This document shows positions 37,801 to 52,090 of a stretch of 64,000 nt of DNA, piece after piece. The stretch comes from Octopus vulgaris. Its lineage: Eukaryota. Both the position numbers and the translations under genes were made by a program. The DNA lies in contig OX597817.1 in NCBI GenBank assembly GCA_951406725.2, positions 64,666,001 through 64,730,000 of the forward strand, read 5' to 3'. Every line of letters begins with the position of its first letter. Within the stretch, counting starts at the first letter, position 1. The notes below the pieces were generated by a model. That model had not been told where the DNA came from and searched no databases. It was given only the letters and a program-made list of their open reading frames with translations.

Positions 37801-40800
37801 TTATAATCATTGTATAATTAGTTTCATTTCCATACTAGCATAGACCAGATGAATCTGCAGTTAACAAGTAACATCTTTTCTTTCATCATCTACTATAACA
37901 TATTCATCCTAAGTTTTCTCTTCATTCTCACAACAATTGCAGTAAGCTTGAACAGAACTGGGTTGTTTTGAAGATAAGTACATTGACACAGACAATGTTT
38001 CAAACATTGTTTATTGAAATGATGATGATTACTGTAATGTATTATTATTAGGTGTCTTACACATTTAGTTACATCCCTTTGTGTTTTGACTTGAAATCTC
38101 ACCAAGATATTTCCATGTGGTTACTTCACCTGCACACCACCAAATCTTCTACAAATCATATTCTATTGTCTTAAAGAAAAAAACACAAAACTCAATGTAG
38201 TGCAGGATACAGTATACCTAGAAAAAAAGGATGGTCACAGCTGGAATGTCTTTGGTTATAGGTCTGCTTGGTCAGGACTGATAAGAGTTTAAGGAGTTGA
38301 GGACTTTAAAATAAATTACCACTCAAAAATATCTGCTTATGTTATTGGTACTCATTCATGCTTTACTACTACTACTACTACTACTGCTGCTGCTGCTGTT
38401 ATGTTTTGTATAGTTTAAAATGGTACGTTTCAAATACTTTTTAAACTCAGATTCTGTAAAGATCACAAAAATTCATTTCAACCAGTTTGAGATCTTTGAA
38501 TGATATTAAATCTTCCTTTTCTTGGTTTAGTCAATATTGAAATGAAGCATATTATTTATTTAGACTTTACTTCAGCATATCTTTTTCAAAAAATAAAATA
38601 TTCTCATATCATTAGACTTTTTTTAAATACTATCATCACTAGTGTTACAATAAGTTGGGGTGGGTTATTTTATTGAAGGACATTTCTCTCTTCTGCAAAT
38701 AGTTAATTCTACTGGAGTACAACATGTGGATAACTGAGCACATATTCCTATTATTGAGAAACTACATGTTGAATATAGAATGTTTAGCTAAATAGTGATT
38801 ACAAGTTTTCCTGGTGGAGCAAACCTGTATGTTAATAGTGCAATTAAGATTCTCACAGTGAATAAAGCAATCTAATTCTCTGGAATTATTTTACCCCCAC
38901 TTTGGTTATACTTTACAAATTGAAATCTAAAAGATGTGTATTCCTTATTTTTGAATTACATTTAATTGTAAAATCAAAATAAATATTAGAGAAATTTATT
39001 CAATTAAACAGCATTTCGTACATAAAACGAATGAGACAAGACAGTGGATTTGATCTGTGAAGTTTTATCTATAATCAAGAATACAACCCATGGAAAGCAG
39101 GCATTAAACAATGATGATGATATTTTGATGAAAAAGACTTTCGACTTATTCTGTTAGATTTTACCCAAGTACTGTAAAATTATGAGGCTCTAAATAAAAA
39201 TATAGATTACTGAGTTTAAATCCAGCTGAAGCACATATATGTAAACAATATAATATTGAGATTGGATTGTTCTAAACTTGTTCAATTTCTGATTAGTTAG
39301 AACAAAAATATCTCAGATATTTTCAAATTGACTTCTCACTGCTGAGCCTTTTGCTTTTAGAAAGCTGCTTGCTTCAGTAATTCAAATAAAAATGCTTGCA
39401 CCATCTAATGCAATTATTTTAAATAGATTATGTCCAGCATTTTGGTTTCTGTTTTGACTTCATGCTTATTTATCAATTTAAATTCAACTATTTGTACAAA
39501 ATATTCAGCTATTTGTGGGCTCTGGAAGAGTCTGTTTTTGACTACTGTGGGGATCTTCATGTATAGTTATGAATTCTAATTTAAATCACTTGAGTAAAAT
39601 AGTTATTCTGATGTGTTCTTTACTGTTTTATAAGTTGAAGATATCTGTGTTTTGATTAATTGTGTTGACTGAATTAGTTTGGATTTATACTGTGCTGGTT
39701 TAAATTCCTTATGTTAATTTTTTGTTCCAATTGTATCATTAAACAATTTTGATCATACAGTGCCTTAGTTCACTTAGTTGTCAGGATATAGGTATCATGC
39801 TTGTGGAGAACGTCATGTGATATTCTCCACAGTAGAAGATTTATCACTCGTGTACTTGAAACTGCTGAAAATTTTGTGGTCCTTCGAGGAGTGATCATTT
39901 TATTGAAAGGATTCTTTGATTTTGCTTTAGGGTCTTTTTTTTTTTTTTGTCATCCAGTAATAAGGGTTTGAAAAACTTGTATAGAAGTATTTTTAAAAAA
40001 ACAAAACTTCGAACAATTTAATATATGTACACTTCACAGGATGATAACTAAAGACTAAAAGTTTCTAACATAGTGACACAACAGTAAATTTTGGAAGATA
40101 GTATCTTCTGATTTGTGCTTGTTTTATCTCTAGATAGATGAAAAGATAAAGACAATTACTAATTAAGCTAAGCCACCAGTCTTCTTAGATCAGAATTATA
40201 CTATTACCTTACAGTTCAGGCTTAGCATCTCACTTTTATAATGTTGATAAATTATACAAATAATATAACAGGAATTGGTGATCAAGACTCTTGTTGCATA
40301 TGGATTGATTTGTAATTCATAGAATTTATATCTGAAAGTTTAATAACCTAAATGTTTTTTCTTCTTCTTTGAACTTATTAACTTTTTTTTTTTTATTTAC
40401 AATGCAACATTGATTAATACATTATATTATTGGAGCTACAAAAAGTCCTTAATATTCTTGTTATGCAAAATAAGAAAATTTGCTCAACATTTCCACCAAG
40501 TTTTCTTTCTGTTATTAGTCATTATTTTAAGAAACAAGGTAAAACAGCTTTGTTTTGGACTGGTCAGTAAAGGTCAGTTGCTCATCATCAGTCCTCACCA
40601 GATCAATTAGTCTTTTGAGACTGCCCCTGGTTCTATGATACAAATTTCTTGTTTTAAAGTAATCTACATTAAAACCTATCACCAAAATTTCTTGTTTTAT
40701 GTTCCAAATAATGACAACATTGTTATACTAAATTCTTCATTATTTTAAGAATTAATTTAAATAAAGGCAGTGTATTTCAACAAAAATATGGTCACAAAAG

Positions 40801-42799
40801 GGTTAACATACCAACCAAACAGTTCAGCTGGATTGGTGAGACTTAGTAGCAGTAGCTGATAACATTTCAGCAAAATTTAAATAATTCAGTCATAATCTGA
40901 CAAAAGAGAAATAATCAGCAGTAGAAGACATTTATTTTTTTTCATTTCACAGAAACTTTGAAGAGTTGAGACCAACAATATTTGGTGATGTTGGTGTGAA
41001 CAAACTAGTTTAATTCAAGAGAAAGACGGTGACTCTGCTAAATTATAGTGTCTTTGACCAAAATGTCTGCTCAATTATTTTGACTTATCCCATACTTAAC
41101 ATTTCACTCCACTTAACTATTTGAGTAGTGAGTGTCAAAGCATCACAGAGACAGGTGAGAAGTAGAAAATTGCGGAGTAGAGTCCTACTTAGTGTTAAGA
41201 GGATGTATTCAACCAGGGATTAGAGAGAAACCTGGATTTTTCAAAACTTTCTTACTCTGGCTGTCTGGTTAGGAAGTTCACTTCATAACCTTGTGGTTTC
41301 AGGTTCAGTCCCACTGTGCAGAACCTTGGACAAGTATTTTCTACTACAGCCCTGTTTCAACCAATGACTTGGGAGTGAATTTGATTGAACTCATTATCTG
41401 TATCTATGTATGTGTGTGTACATTTTTGTGATTGTCCCCTGCTGTCTGACAACTGTTGTTGGTTTGTTTGTGTTCCTGTAGCTTAGCAGTTCAGCAAAAA
41501 GAGATTGGTAGAATAGGTACTGGGACAGTTTGTTCAGCTAACCCTTCAAAGCTATGTGGAAAAGAATAGTGGTGAGAGGTTGGTCGAGTGGGATTGGATT
41601 AGACTACTCTCCCAGCTCTTGTATTGGGCAGCTAAATTGCCTGTTCTTAAAATAACCCAATAATGTAAATGAACAGTTATTTCTACTTTATATATCATTT
41701 TGTGTTTTTCTTTTATTTTAAATATTTTTCATTCAGATAAAAATTAAAAAGACAAGATTTTGTAATATAATAGGTCAATGTATTCCTCCTCTCTGTATGT
41801 TATTTAACTCCAGGTCTCAGCCTTGATTGAGCCAGCCTATGATCAAAAGTATTCCAGCCTTGACCATCCCACCATTTTCCAGTGTGCTGGGAACCCAGTA
41901 CCATATTATCCAACATTTCTTTTTCTCTAAGGTGGTTGAGGGAGATTTGGCTGCTATTTCTACCACATCAGGCAACCACAGCAAGGTTTTCTTGTTTGCT
42001 TATATGCTACATGTTTTCATGGGTAGACTTTTTTCAGTGGTTAAGTCAGAAACAGAAGGGTAGTACCTATTATCTTTTATCAGATTCTCCAAGACTGTTA
42101 AGAGGAAGTTATCCTCAAACTGGAGACCTGGCCTGAAATCTTTCAACAGAGTCAGGTACCAGGATTAAAATATGCAACAAATTAAGTGTACCACCCACAC
42201 TGTCCTCTAATCGGACATAGTACATTTAGGTCTACCATATCCAATTTGTCCTTATTGAAAATAGTAGAATGGGATTTGAAGATTTAGCTGCTTTTTCTAG
42301 CAAGTTGAAGGATCATGTAGATCCTGTGCTATTAAGATTGTAATGACACTCAATTTTTTTTTTTTTTGTAATATGAAGCAGTGCTCTGTAAAATAATGTT
42401 TTTAATCCAATGCGTCACAGTTGTTCCATTGAAACTATTTATTTCTATGCAGCAGGACATGTGTACACAACCCAACTTCATGAGTTATGCATTAGAAATT
42501 AGAATTGTAAGGGCATTATGATAACACAAGAACAGTGAAAAAGTTCCATTCAAAAAACACTGATTCACAAACTCAGCTTGACATTCACTAACTATCCTGC
42601 TGTTAACCATGAAGTGAACATAGTATCTTTCACATAGGCAGATATAGTGGACTCTTTTTTTAATCAGCAGTCCAGTAGTTCTGATTTGTCACTAGTGAAT
42701 TAAGTGTAAAGTTTTCTACAGTGTTTTATGACCTTTGGATCAGCAATTGAGCATCTTAGTTATTTGACCACTATATTGTGTGTGTGCCTGTGTTGTGTG

Positions 42800-43151
42800 T
42801 CAGTCCCACTGCGTGGCATCTTGAGCAAGTGTCTTCTGCTATAGCCCCAGGCCGACCAATGCCTTGTGAGTGGATTTGGTAGACGGAAACTGAAAGAAGC
42901 CTGTCGTATATATGTATATATATATATATAAGTGTGTGTGTATATGTTTGTGTGTCTGTGTTTGTCTCCCTAGCATTGCTTGACAACCGATGCTGGTGTG
43001 TTTACGTCCCCGTCACTTAGCGGTTCGGCAAAATTGACCGATAGAATAAGTACTGGGCTTACAAAGAATAAGTCCCGGGGTCGAGTTGCTCGATTAAAGG
43101 CGGTGCTCCAGCATGGCCGCAGTCAAATGACTGAAACAAGTAAAAGAGTAA
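42800..43151 (+). mobile_element. tRNA/CORE-type SINE, best-preserved copy (others: 6128-6487 -, 14801-15157 +, 25495-25862 -, 28590-28740 -, 30505-30660 +, 41260-41560 +)
   Basis: Shared CAGTCCCACTGCGTGGCA.CTTG(A/G)GCAAGTGTCTTCT...GGATTTGGTAGACGGAAACTGAAAGAAGCC head, (TG)n middle and GACTGAAACAAGTAAAAGA tail. Confidence 0.85.
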
Positions 43152-43154
43152 GGG

Positions 43155-43186
<32 letters not shown>

Positions 43187-45181
43187 ATTGATACAGTCAC
43201 TGTCTATTACATTAATAATAATAACTAGCCATCATGTATGCCTCGGGCAAGCTTCTCATTGCATTCTTGGGTTGCTCAGAATCTCTTTCTCTCTATCTCT
43301 CTTTCAATATATCTGGAAGTAACAAGCATCAAGCCATCTTATTGTCACCAGGTGAGCTTTTATAGGTATGGCATAGACTACTAGTGGTCAAACTTAATCT
43401 AAAGAATCTGCTTTCCTGCTGTTTCTACTAAGATGGCCAATTGGTTCAATTATTGAACTGCGAAGTCTTGAGCTCAAACCTGCTACAGATGTTTGTATAT
43501 GTTTTATGTTGGCACACTTGATTTTACATTAATTCAATTCGTATAGCTTCATCTACTATCTAATAAACTAGCATTTTCACCATTTGTTTTATTTACTTCA
43601 GTCTACAGAAACTAAAGTTTACCATAGAATCTATCAGTCATGTTGTGTGATGTGTGATCAAGTAACTGTCCAAATGTTACTATTATAGCAATTATATTGT
43701 AATGTTGTGCAGGGCACATAATTGTACTTGACACAATTTGCTTAGAAGGCAGACTTGTTTCATTCCTTCTTCACAGCTGGCTGATTGTCACTTAAAGTGC
43801 AAGTAATCAACTGTAAAAGCAACACCTCCTACCCTAGGTGGAAAGTAGATGTCAAACAGTAAAAAGGGAGGTGCAATTTGATATAGGTATTGATAGGTTT
43901 AGAAGAGCTATACAGATAAACTTTATTTACCAAATACTATGTAAATTTGCACGTGTGGAAAGAAAAAGACTAAGTAAATACAAGTTATTGCTTTATCAAG
44001 TCATCAGTTGTGACTTCATATTCTTTCTGTTTTGTTGTGTCCTTTGGCCACAATTTTTAATATTTCATAGCTCAGATTACACATTTATTAAGAGTTTATA
44101 CCATATCTTCTTTAAACTTGATTAGCTATTTGATACAATATGGGAAAATATTGTACATATATCATAGACACACACACATGTACACTCACAAACATTAATG
44201 GAACTATCTACACAGGGAATTGTAGTGTAAATTATTTAAGTATTCCACAAGCACTTACTCCCTTATCATAATTTTCTGACAGACTCAGTTTTGACACTGC
44301 ATGAAGGTTGGAGCCTTGGATCACAAGTACATTTTCACCTAACAAGTTTCCACATTGTTTCTATCTACTCACTAACATTGTGCCAACCCACAGCTATATT
44401 AGAAGATATTTGCTCAAAGTGTCACAGACTAGTATTGAAGCTGGAAACTTGTTAAGTGAACTTAAACATTTTCCCCATGCCTGGATCACCTATACTGATA
44501 TAATTATATTACTCATAATGCAAACTGGCCAAGTGAAAAATCATACTTAACTGAAGGACATAAGCTTAAATGAAAACTGTAATTTAGTAATGATTTATTA
44601 AGTGTGAAGTCTTCAGGAAGGAAAAGTCATTGCTGGTAGAAAAAAGAAAGAGTTTGGTTTTCACAATATGCTGGATTGTGTTCTTGGAAAAGGCGTTTAA
44701 TTGTCAATGGTCTAGCTTTTCTAGTTGTAAAAAATTACATGATGAAATATAGTTCACTCATGTAAGCATCAAGGTTTTCAAATAGCTGATGAGCATGTAG
44801 TCTTTCTTAAATTTGTTAAGCTCATCTCAAATCTTTCATGAGTTTAGAAAAGAAATGGAACAATATCATCCTCTCAATCACTACATGAAGATAAGTCTTC
44901 TTTGATGTCCCAATAACAATTCAGTGTTTGTTAAGGGCAAAGATTTCTAGCTGGTTCTGTGTAGAGCACTAATTTGTGTTTAGTGCTTGTATTTTGGAAT
45001 TTACTGATAGTGTCTGTAGTTTTTGAATTAGTGAATTGCTAGAGACTTTTTCTGTCTCTTGGAAAAAGATACTATATATTGCAGAGGAGTAACTAATTTT
45101 TGAGCCAGGCATTAGATGCTTAGTGTCACAACTCTCATTTCTCAAGAGAATAACTGTTTTCAAAGCCATTTATTCTATTAA

Positions 45182-46235
45182 CCCTTTCGTTACTATATTT
45201 CTGACCAAAATACACCCCGCATGAGTTTCAATTAAATTCTAAAATAATCATGAATCTAGGCTTGTTTCATTAAATAACTGTAACTTTTTACTTATCAACA
45301 TATTAATGTGATATTTGGAACATAATTAAAGAAAGGGTTCTTAATCAATTCTATTGCATAACTTTTGTCTCAAAGTGGCTTTAATTACAGGTAAATTGAG
45401 CAAAAGGTAAAAATATAAAAATTTTGTTTAAACATCACCATAGAAAATGAATCATCAGCTAATATTCAAATGGGTATGCAACAAAATTTTGATAAAGAAG
45501 AATTGTGCACATCACTATATCATCAGTTGAATTTAATGCGCAACAGGTGTACCACAAAGGTGGAATAAAGTGAAATACTGGAATCCACCGCAAGTTTGAC
45601 CAAACTAAAGAAATCGGTCAAAAAATAATATACGGCCCTGGTTATGGTATGGAAGTGATAAATTCCAGACTACATCGTTCCCTAGGCCATGCTGACTAAC
45701 ATTATTTTCCCTGTATAAAAACTAAATCCACGCAGTACCCTTCACAAATTTTCCGAAATTTGAACCCCCATTTTGTGTTTGTTTACATTTTGCGTAAGTT
45801 TGTTTCCACATTGATCGCTTCAAACAATAACTTCCAGACCACATCATACCCTAAGCCATGCTGATTAACATTAGTTTCCCTGTATAAAAACTAAATCCGC
45901 AACAGTACCCAGTATTTGCTTCACAAATTTTCCAATTCGGAATCAATGCTTGATAACATGAAACTCCAATCCATTTCCAAAGTTGAAGAAAAATCGATGC
46001 TGAAAAAAATGTGGAAAAAAATCTCCCAAAATTCAGGGAATTAAAATTACACGTCAATCGTTGTACAAAACTGTAGATGAACTGTTTACAAAGTATAATC
46101 ACGTGTTTTCAAGAATGTACTAAAGAGATTTGCTCTGATATTCTCATTTAAATATGAATAGGTAAATTCGGGCGGTTTGGTCACATTAACCAAAATTTTT
46201 GGGGGGCAGCTTTGGGCTTTTTGGTAACGAAAGGG
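45182..46235. mobile_element. Non-autonomous piggyBac-type element
   Basis: TTAA TSD on both sides, 12-bp TIR CCCTTTCGTTAC/GTAACGAAAGGG, internal ~95-bp direct repeat (45660-45754 / 45829-45933). Confidence 0.85.
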
Positions 46236-49043
46236 TTAACATAGAGAAGACTGTTATTATTTAGTGTCTCTGTGATACTTTTATTGAAACAACCTTGTAG
46301 ATAAAGCTGAAATTAATTTATCTATTTAGGTTATCTATTTTATTCAGTTTATTGATAAAGTAACTTCTTGTGTTTAGATGTTCTTTATTAGTCGTGCTTT
46401 TAAGTCCTTGTGAATGGTGTGTAAGACTTGATTTTATATTAAGTAGTTCTGTGCAACATTATTTTTCATGGTTTCTATCTACATTGAAAATATTTTGTCA
46501 TGTAACAGTGATTGATTGTGGTGACACTCATTCAAATAATGGTTAAATAAAACAGAAAGACATAATATATCATTCAATAAGTGATGCTCAGAACATGTAT
46601 GGTTCAGCACGCGCATAACTAATATTATGCCTGTTTTTATTATAAAAATGCATGCTTATTTATTTAGTTGGTTCAATTAAAGAAAATGTTTATGAAATTC
46701 AACTGTTTCATTATAGAAGTTACTTTTACAATAATTATCTTTCTAAATTATTCATGTTCACATTTTCAACATAGTTTATTAGAATTTTTTTTTTTCGTAT
46801 GTTGAATAATTTTGGTTTATTCTGCTTAAACAGACCTGTTACCCAGAGCAAGGCAGTCAATACATCTAGTTCCCAGAATTCAAAGATATTAATATATGTG
46901 ATATGTTATGGCTGAGCCTCATATGATCAACATTATATCTGTGGTCTTATCTACTGTATGATATCTTACAATTTAGGATTTAAAAACATCATTCCCAATT
47001 TGTTGAACACTTTAATTGCATAGAAATAGAAGCAACCTTGAATGCTAAATTCTTTTAATATATATATATATATATTACAAAGTTGACATTACCGTAGGTT
47101 GAGGTAAAATCCTAGTAAACCAGACTGGCTACCTTTATAGTCACTTCATTTACAGGCCTTAAGCATAAATATTGCATCTCATTTCCCCTCCACTGTAAAT
47201 CTCAGACTTTCTGCTTATATACGAAATAAATATTTAATATTAAAATAATCCTTATCTGATCAGAGGTTAGTATTGTTATTTTTTGCACAAGTTTCACTTC
47301 AAATCAAAATTCAAATATCAGGTAACTATTGTTTTTAGATAAATATGTGTGTAGTCTGTTGGTTTTATTTTAACATGAAATTTATTTGATAATCATTTGT
47401 ATAGGATATGTTTGAGTGAGAAAGTGACAACATTATTGTTAAGTGAACTTCATTGGTTATTGCAATATTGAACTGTTGATGTTTCAAACACAGCTGTCAA
47501 ATATAAAGCAGTATCTGTCCTAAATGTTTGGTATGTCAATTTAATTAGAATTTGATATGCCTAAAATGATTTTCTATTGAGTATTGATTTGAGCAATTTA
47601 ACTGTTATCAATATAATTACTATAAAAATCACTTGGCTAATCTTACAAGTAAAATGTAAAGGCAAATGATTATAACTTCATTTGTTAAGGGTTTCACAGT
47701 TGGTGTTTTCATGTGTCTCTGAGAAAGAGACCTAAGTCTATGGTGCTTTAATTCACTTAATCACCAAGAATGGGAATGATGTCTCTGACATTCTCCCCAG
47801 TAGATGATTAATTATTCATCTACTTGAAACAACTGAATCTGGAGCTATTGTGGTCCCTCAATAGAGAAATTATTTTATCATTAAAATGGTTCTTTGATTT
47901 CTACTTATTCATGTATAAGAATCAGAAACTCAAGCAGATGTATAAAAAATGAAGTACAAATGTTATTAATTCAAAAGAAAATCAAGTTGTAACACACTCC
48001 TTTACTCAAGACCTGTTTCAGAATTTAAAATTCTTGCTCATCACACAAATTTTAAATGTTTCTACTGAATTTCCTTGAGAAACACTTATCTCCAACACAG
48101 TTTTAGCACTTTCACTGCCACATTATTGTTGAAATAGACTTGCCCAATTTTGAAAATAACAATTTAGAAGGACTTTGTAAAATAACTTCTTTTATAGATA
48201 CATTAAACTAGTATTTATGACATAAATTAGTATGTCAGGTGGTTTGGAGTAAGTTGATATCAAAAGGGCTAATACAACATTAACTGCAGATCTTGGTCAT
48301 AGCCTTGAGGTGTAAAGTCATGCATAACTCAAACACATTTCTAAATTCTATTTTCCTATGCCAATAAATATAGTCTTCCGAAGGATTCATTCTTTCCTAC
48401 TTCATTAAGTATAATGAACACTATACTTTGCTGATAAGCCCAGAATAAAGTCAAAATATATTAGGTATTATTTTCTGTACTTGCCTGGAAAAATGATAAT
48501 AATATGGTTAATATTGGGTGTATTTTCCACATGACACATATTTATCCTAGTTAACTTTTTAATGTTTCATGCATTAAATGTGTTAATATTGACTTACATT
48601 TCATAGTTCTGAGTTTTTTATGTGGCCTTTTGACTCAAGCTATGTTGTTGGAAATGTAACAATACTGTTTCCATTTTGCTATTGAATTGTTACTGTTATG
48701 GGATTTCTCATTGTAAGCCAATAAATTCATGTTAATTTGAAAATTTGGGAAATTTCTTTGTACTAAGGGATATATCTTGTCTTTTTAGTAATATGCGATC
48801 TTGCAAATACGTTAAAATACCTTTTAAGTACTTAATTGTTTTTCTATTTGACTCTCACAGCAACTTATTCTTTCTTAAGTTGCTGCTTTTCTGCACCACA
48901 CTGAACAATATTAATTGATCTAACTTTCAAAAATAGCTGTGAAAGCTATGTAATTGTTGTTATTGTTATCGTTGTCATCATCATTGTCTTTGCCATCATT
49001 TCTGCCTTCTCCCAGCTCTCTAAAGGCCTTCGGTTTTCTACAG

Positions 49044-49260
49044 CACAATGCATGCTCCATTCAGCTATAGTAAGTATTTCATTGATCTGACATTTCTGGT
49101 ATCTTAGTGCTTTAATTATCTTCTTTTGTCCTCTGCTACAGCTCCTGCTTGAACGTGTCGTTGCTTTGCTGTCTCCAACACCTTCAGATCTTGTGTACTA
49201 GCTACTACCTGGCTTAGTACATGCATTTTGGTCATGGGATGTAGTTCTCTTCCTGACTTG
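49044..49260 (+). other. Candidate 5'UTR exons of RFX (49044-49069 and 49142-49260) separated by a 72-nt intron
   Basis: TTTTCTACAG acceptor, GTAAGT donor at 49070, pyrimidine tract + TACAG acceptor ending 49141, G|GTAAGG donor at 49261. No ATG in frame with the RFX CDS. Confidence 0.35.
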
Positions 49261-49373
49261 GTAAGGAGAACCACTGCACTGTTTATTTTTTTGTTTGTAT
49301 TTTTTGTTGTTGACTTATTTTATGAACTTTAATGAGATGCAATATTCACTGATAACATTAAATTTAGCATATA

Positions 49374-49419
<46 letters not shown>

Positions 49420-52030
49420 TATATGTAATTTGTAATATAAATATGCATCTTAATATTAACTTTTTTTTTTTTTCCATTTTAAAAAATCAACAATGGACTA
49501 GATGTTTCTGTGGTGGCCATCTTCACCAAACCTGATGAATGTGTGTTTGTAAGCATACTAACATGTATTCATACAAACTGAAATAATTAAATATTTGTAA
49601 AACTTCCTTTTTAGACGTTATTTATTTATTGCCCTTGTTCAAGGATATTTGTACAGTGTTGGGCAAATAAGAGTTTTATTATCTTCCTTATGTTATTAAC
49701 AGTGTTTCTTAGAAAAGGTTGTTCTTTTATATGAACAAATGATTTCCTACTCAAGTGAAGAAAAGTCTAGTATTGTGTAATTATAGATTTCTACTCAATA
49801 ATACTTAATGGGTAACTAAAAAACCACTCAGATTAATGAAAATATTGATTTTTTTTTCATTATGCACTCTAACACAACTGTGAAGGTATATCAGTAAATT
49901 TGAGTTCTTTTTACAAGGATTATGTAATGGAACTTTTAGTGCAAAAATACTCAAAATATTCAGCTGACAGGTGCAGAACTTCAAATCATTAAAGAAGTAG
50001 CTTCTGATGCTTCTTCAGGTTGGTTCTTCTCTGGAATCAAAGAGAAGATGGGGTTTACCACTATCTGTCATTGCTATAAACTATAAGAAGGGAAAAAATT
50101 GACATTTTGAATCTCTTCATGGAAATTCTGAGCAAATGTGAATGCATACAGAAAGAAATGTTAATTGCTGTGTTTATGTCAGTGTGGGCTTGTGTATATG
50201 AGTATATCATCATCATCGTTTAACGTCCGTTCTCCATGCTAGCATGGGTTGGACGGTTCGACCGGGGATCTGGGAAGCCAGAAGGCTGCACCAGGCTCCG
50301 GTCTTATCTGGCAATGCTTCTACAGCTGGATGCCCTTCCTAACGCCAACCACTCCTTGAGTGTAGTTAAATAATATTATTATTCAGGTTACTGCCTGGAA
50401 TCGAACTCGGAATCTTAGCCCACGAACTTAACCACTACTAACATATTGTTTTATGCTCTTCGGGTACATGTGGAATAAATTGGAGAAGCTGGGCTTCTTC
50501 GCTGCCAGCAACAACATCAGCTATATATATATTTAAACTACTCACATATATGCAAATATGTTTATTAATAAATAGATCAGTGGCTAACCTGGGGTTAAAC
50601 AACTTGTCTGGAGAACTGGATATATGTTGGAGAAACTCCAGAGCTGAGTAACAGGCTGCTGGACCAATCTCAGTAAACTACTCTACTCTACTGTGGTATT
50701 GAATACTTCTCCTTTTTATTTAAACCAGTGTGTGTATACACACTCACACACACACATATACCATTTAAGCCACCAAAGGAACTTTTAGATTGTCACTTGG
50801 CATACAAGAAATAGCAAACTGATCTTTAGATCATGCCCTGCCATCTTAAAAAAGAAATGGTTCATTCATATAGTTACCGTAAATATATAAAGTGACAATG
50901 TTACTTCAATGTGTGGTAGTAGAGTGGGTGTTGTCGTGGCTGTAATCTGAAGTGTTTCAGTATTAACACTGAGTGGAGAAGAACACAGGTACCCTAGCTT
51001 TGTGTACAATGGAGAGAAAATTGTCAATGATGTAAGCACATCAAATGCCTGGAAGAATGATAAAGCAAAACAATTCTTACTGAAAATCAAAATCTAGTCT
51101 CTGATTCAGTCTCCTGAGAAGATTCTAATGCACCAAGGTACCTAATTAATGAACTGTCCTTTGGCTCTTTCCCTCATGTTTTTTTTCTTTTCTTCTTAAA
51201 ATACCATGCCATCACAGTTGCTTTTTGGATCTTTACATGTTGGAGTCAAGCCAACAAGGAAGCTGTATGTGCTCACTTGATTTGCTAGAAATGCTGTCAA
51301 AAGAAAAGACGCACATCAGATAATGTAAACTAGTTCACTTCCATCCATCCATCCCTCAAAAGGGATTGATCACAACTGGAATGCCTTTAATCATAGCTCA
51401 GCCCAATTGGTCTTGACCTAAAACTAAACAACAGCTTAAAGTCATTGCTAAAAGTGTGTCTTAACAGATATTACAAAGAAAGAAAAATCATTTAAAAGAT
51501 ATGGCATAATGATGGCTGAAACACCGACTACATAGTCAAGAGTTCTGATGATACTAAGTGCGACCATTATATCGTATCCCTGAACAGTGTTCATAATTTT
51601 GCTTTGCTTGTTTTACATGTCTGATTTTGTGGAAAAAACATTCGTTCCATGAAAGGACACCCCCACCTAAGCTAATATAGGAAAAGTAAATGTAGGAAAG
51701 GTAACCTGGTGAAAACTAAACTCAAGAAAAACTTAAAATCAAGTTGGTTGGAAATTTAAATAAAAGTTGAATGCATTGAACAAAAGTTTATTTTTCTCAT
51801 CATAATTATTTAGAGTGGCTGACTGAGGCCTTAATGTTAATGGAATATCATAAGAGAATGGGTTATTCATGATCTATATTGATCTATATATGATCTTTAT
51901 TCAGAACTTTGTTGTTTTGTTTGGTTTCCTTTGCTCCAACTGATCGACCTTTGTGGAACCTGAAATATAATTAACAACTCAGTGATTTATTATTTATATT
52001 TACTTTCCATTCTTTAGGACTGAATGTCCA

Positions 52031-52090
52031 ATGGCTACACAAACTTTCGTGAATGACCTTCAGGCAATGAATCCTGCGAATGTGCCACAG
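52031..52090 (+). CDS. RFX1/2/3: RFX1/2/3-family transcription factor, first coding exon (MATQTFVNDLQAMNPANVPQ); exon starts at 52018
   Basis: Polypyrimidine tract + TTTAG acceptor ending 52017, ATG at 52031, CAG|GTAGGT donor after 52090 (phase 0). Peptide resembles the vertebrate RFX1 N-terminus (MATQAYTELQA, recalled). Confidence 0.75.

Noticed and set aside
39802-39831. Short palindrome TGTGGAGAA...TTCTCCACA
   Set aside because: Too short (30 nt) and isolated to support a function.
51497-51560. GAAAC...GTC...CTGATGA resembling a type II hammerhead
   Set aside because: Stem I is only 2 bp and stem II does not pair.
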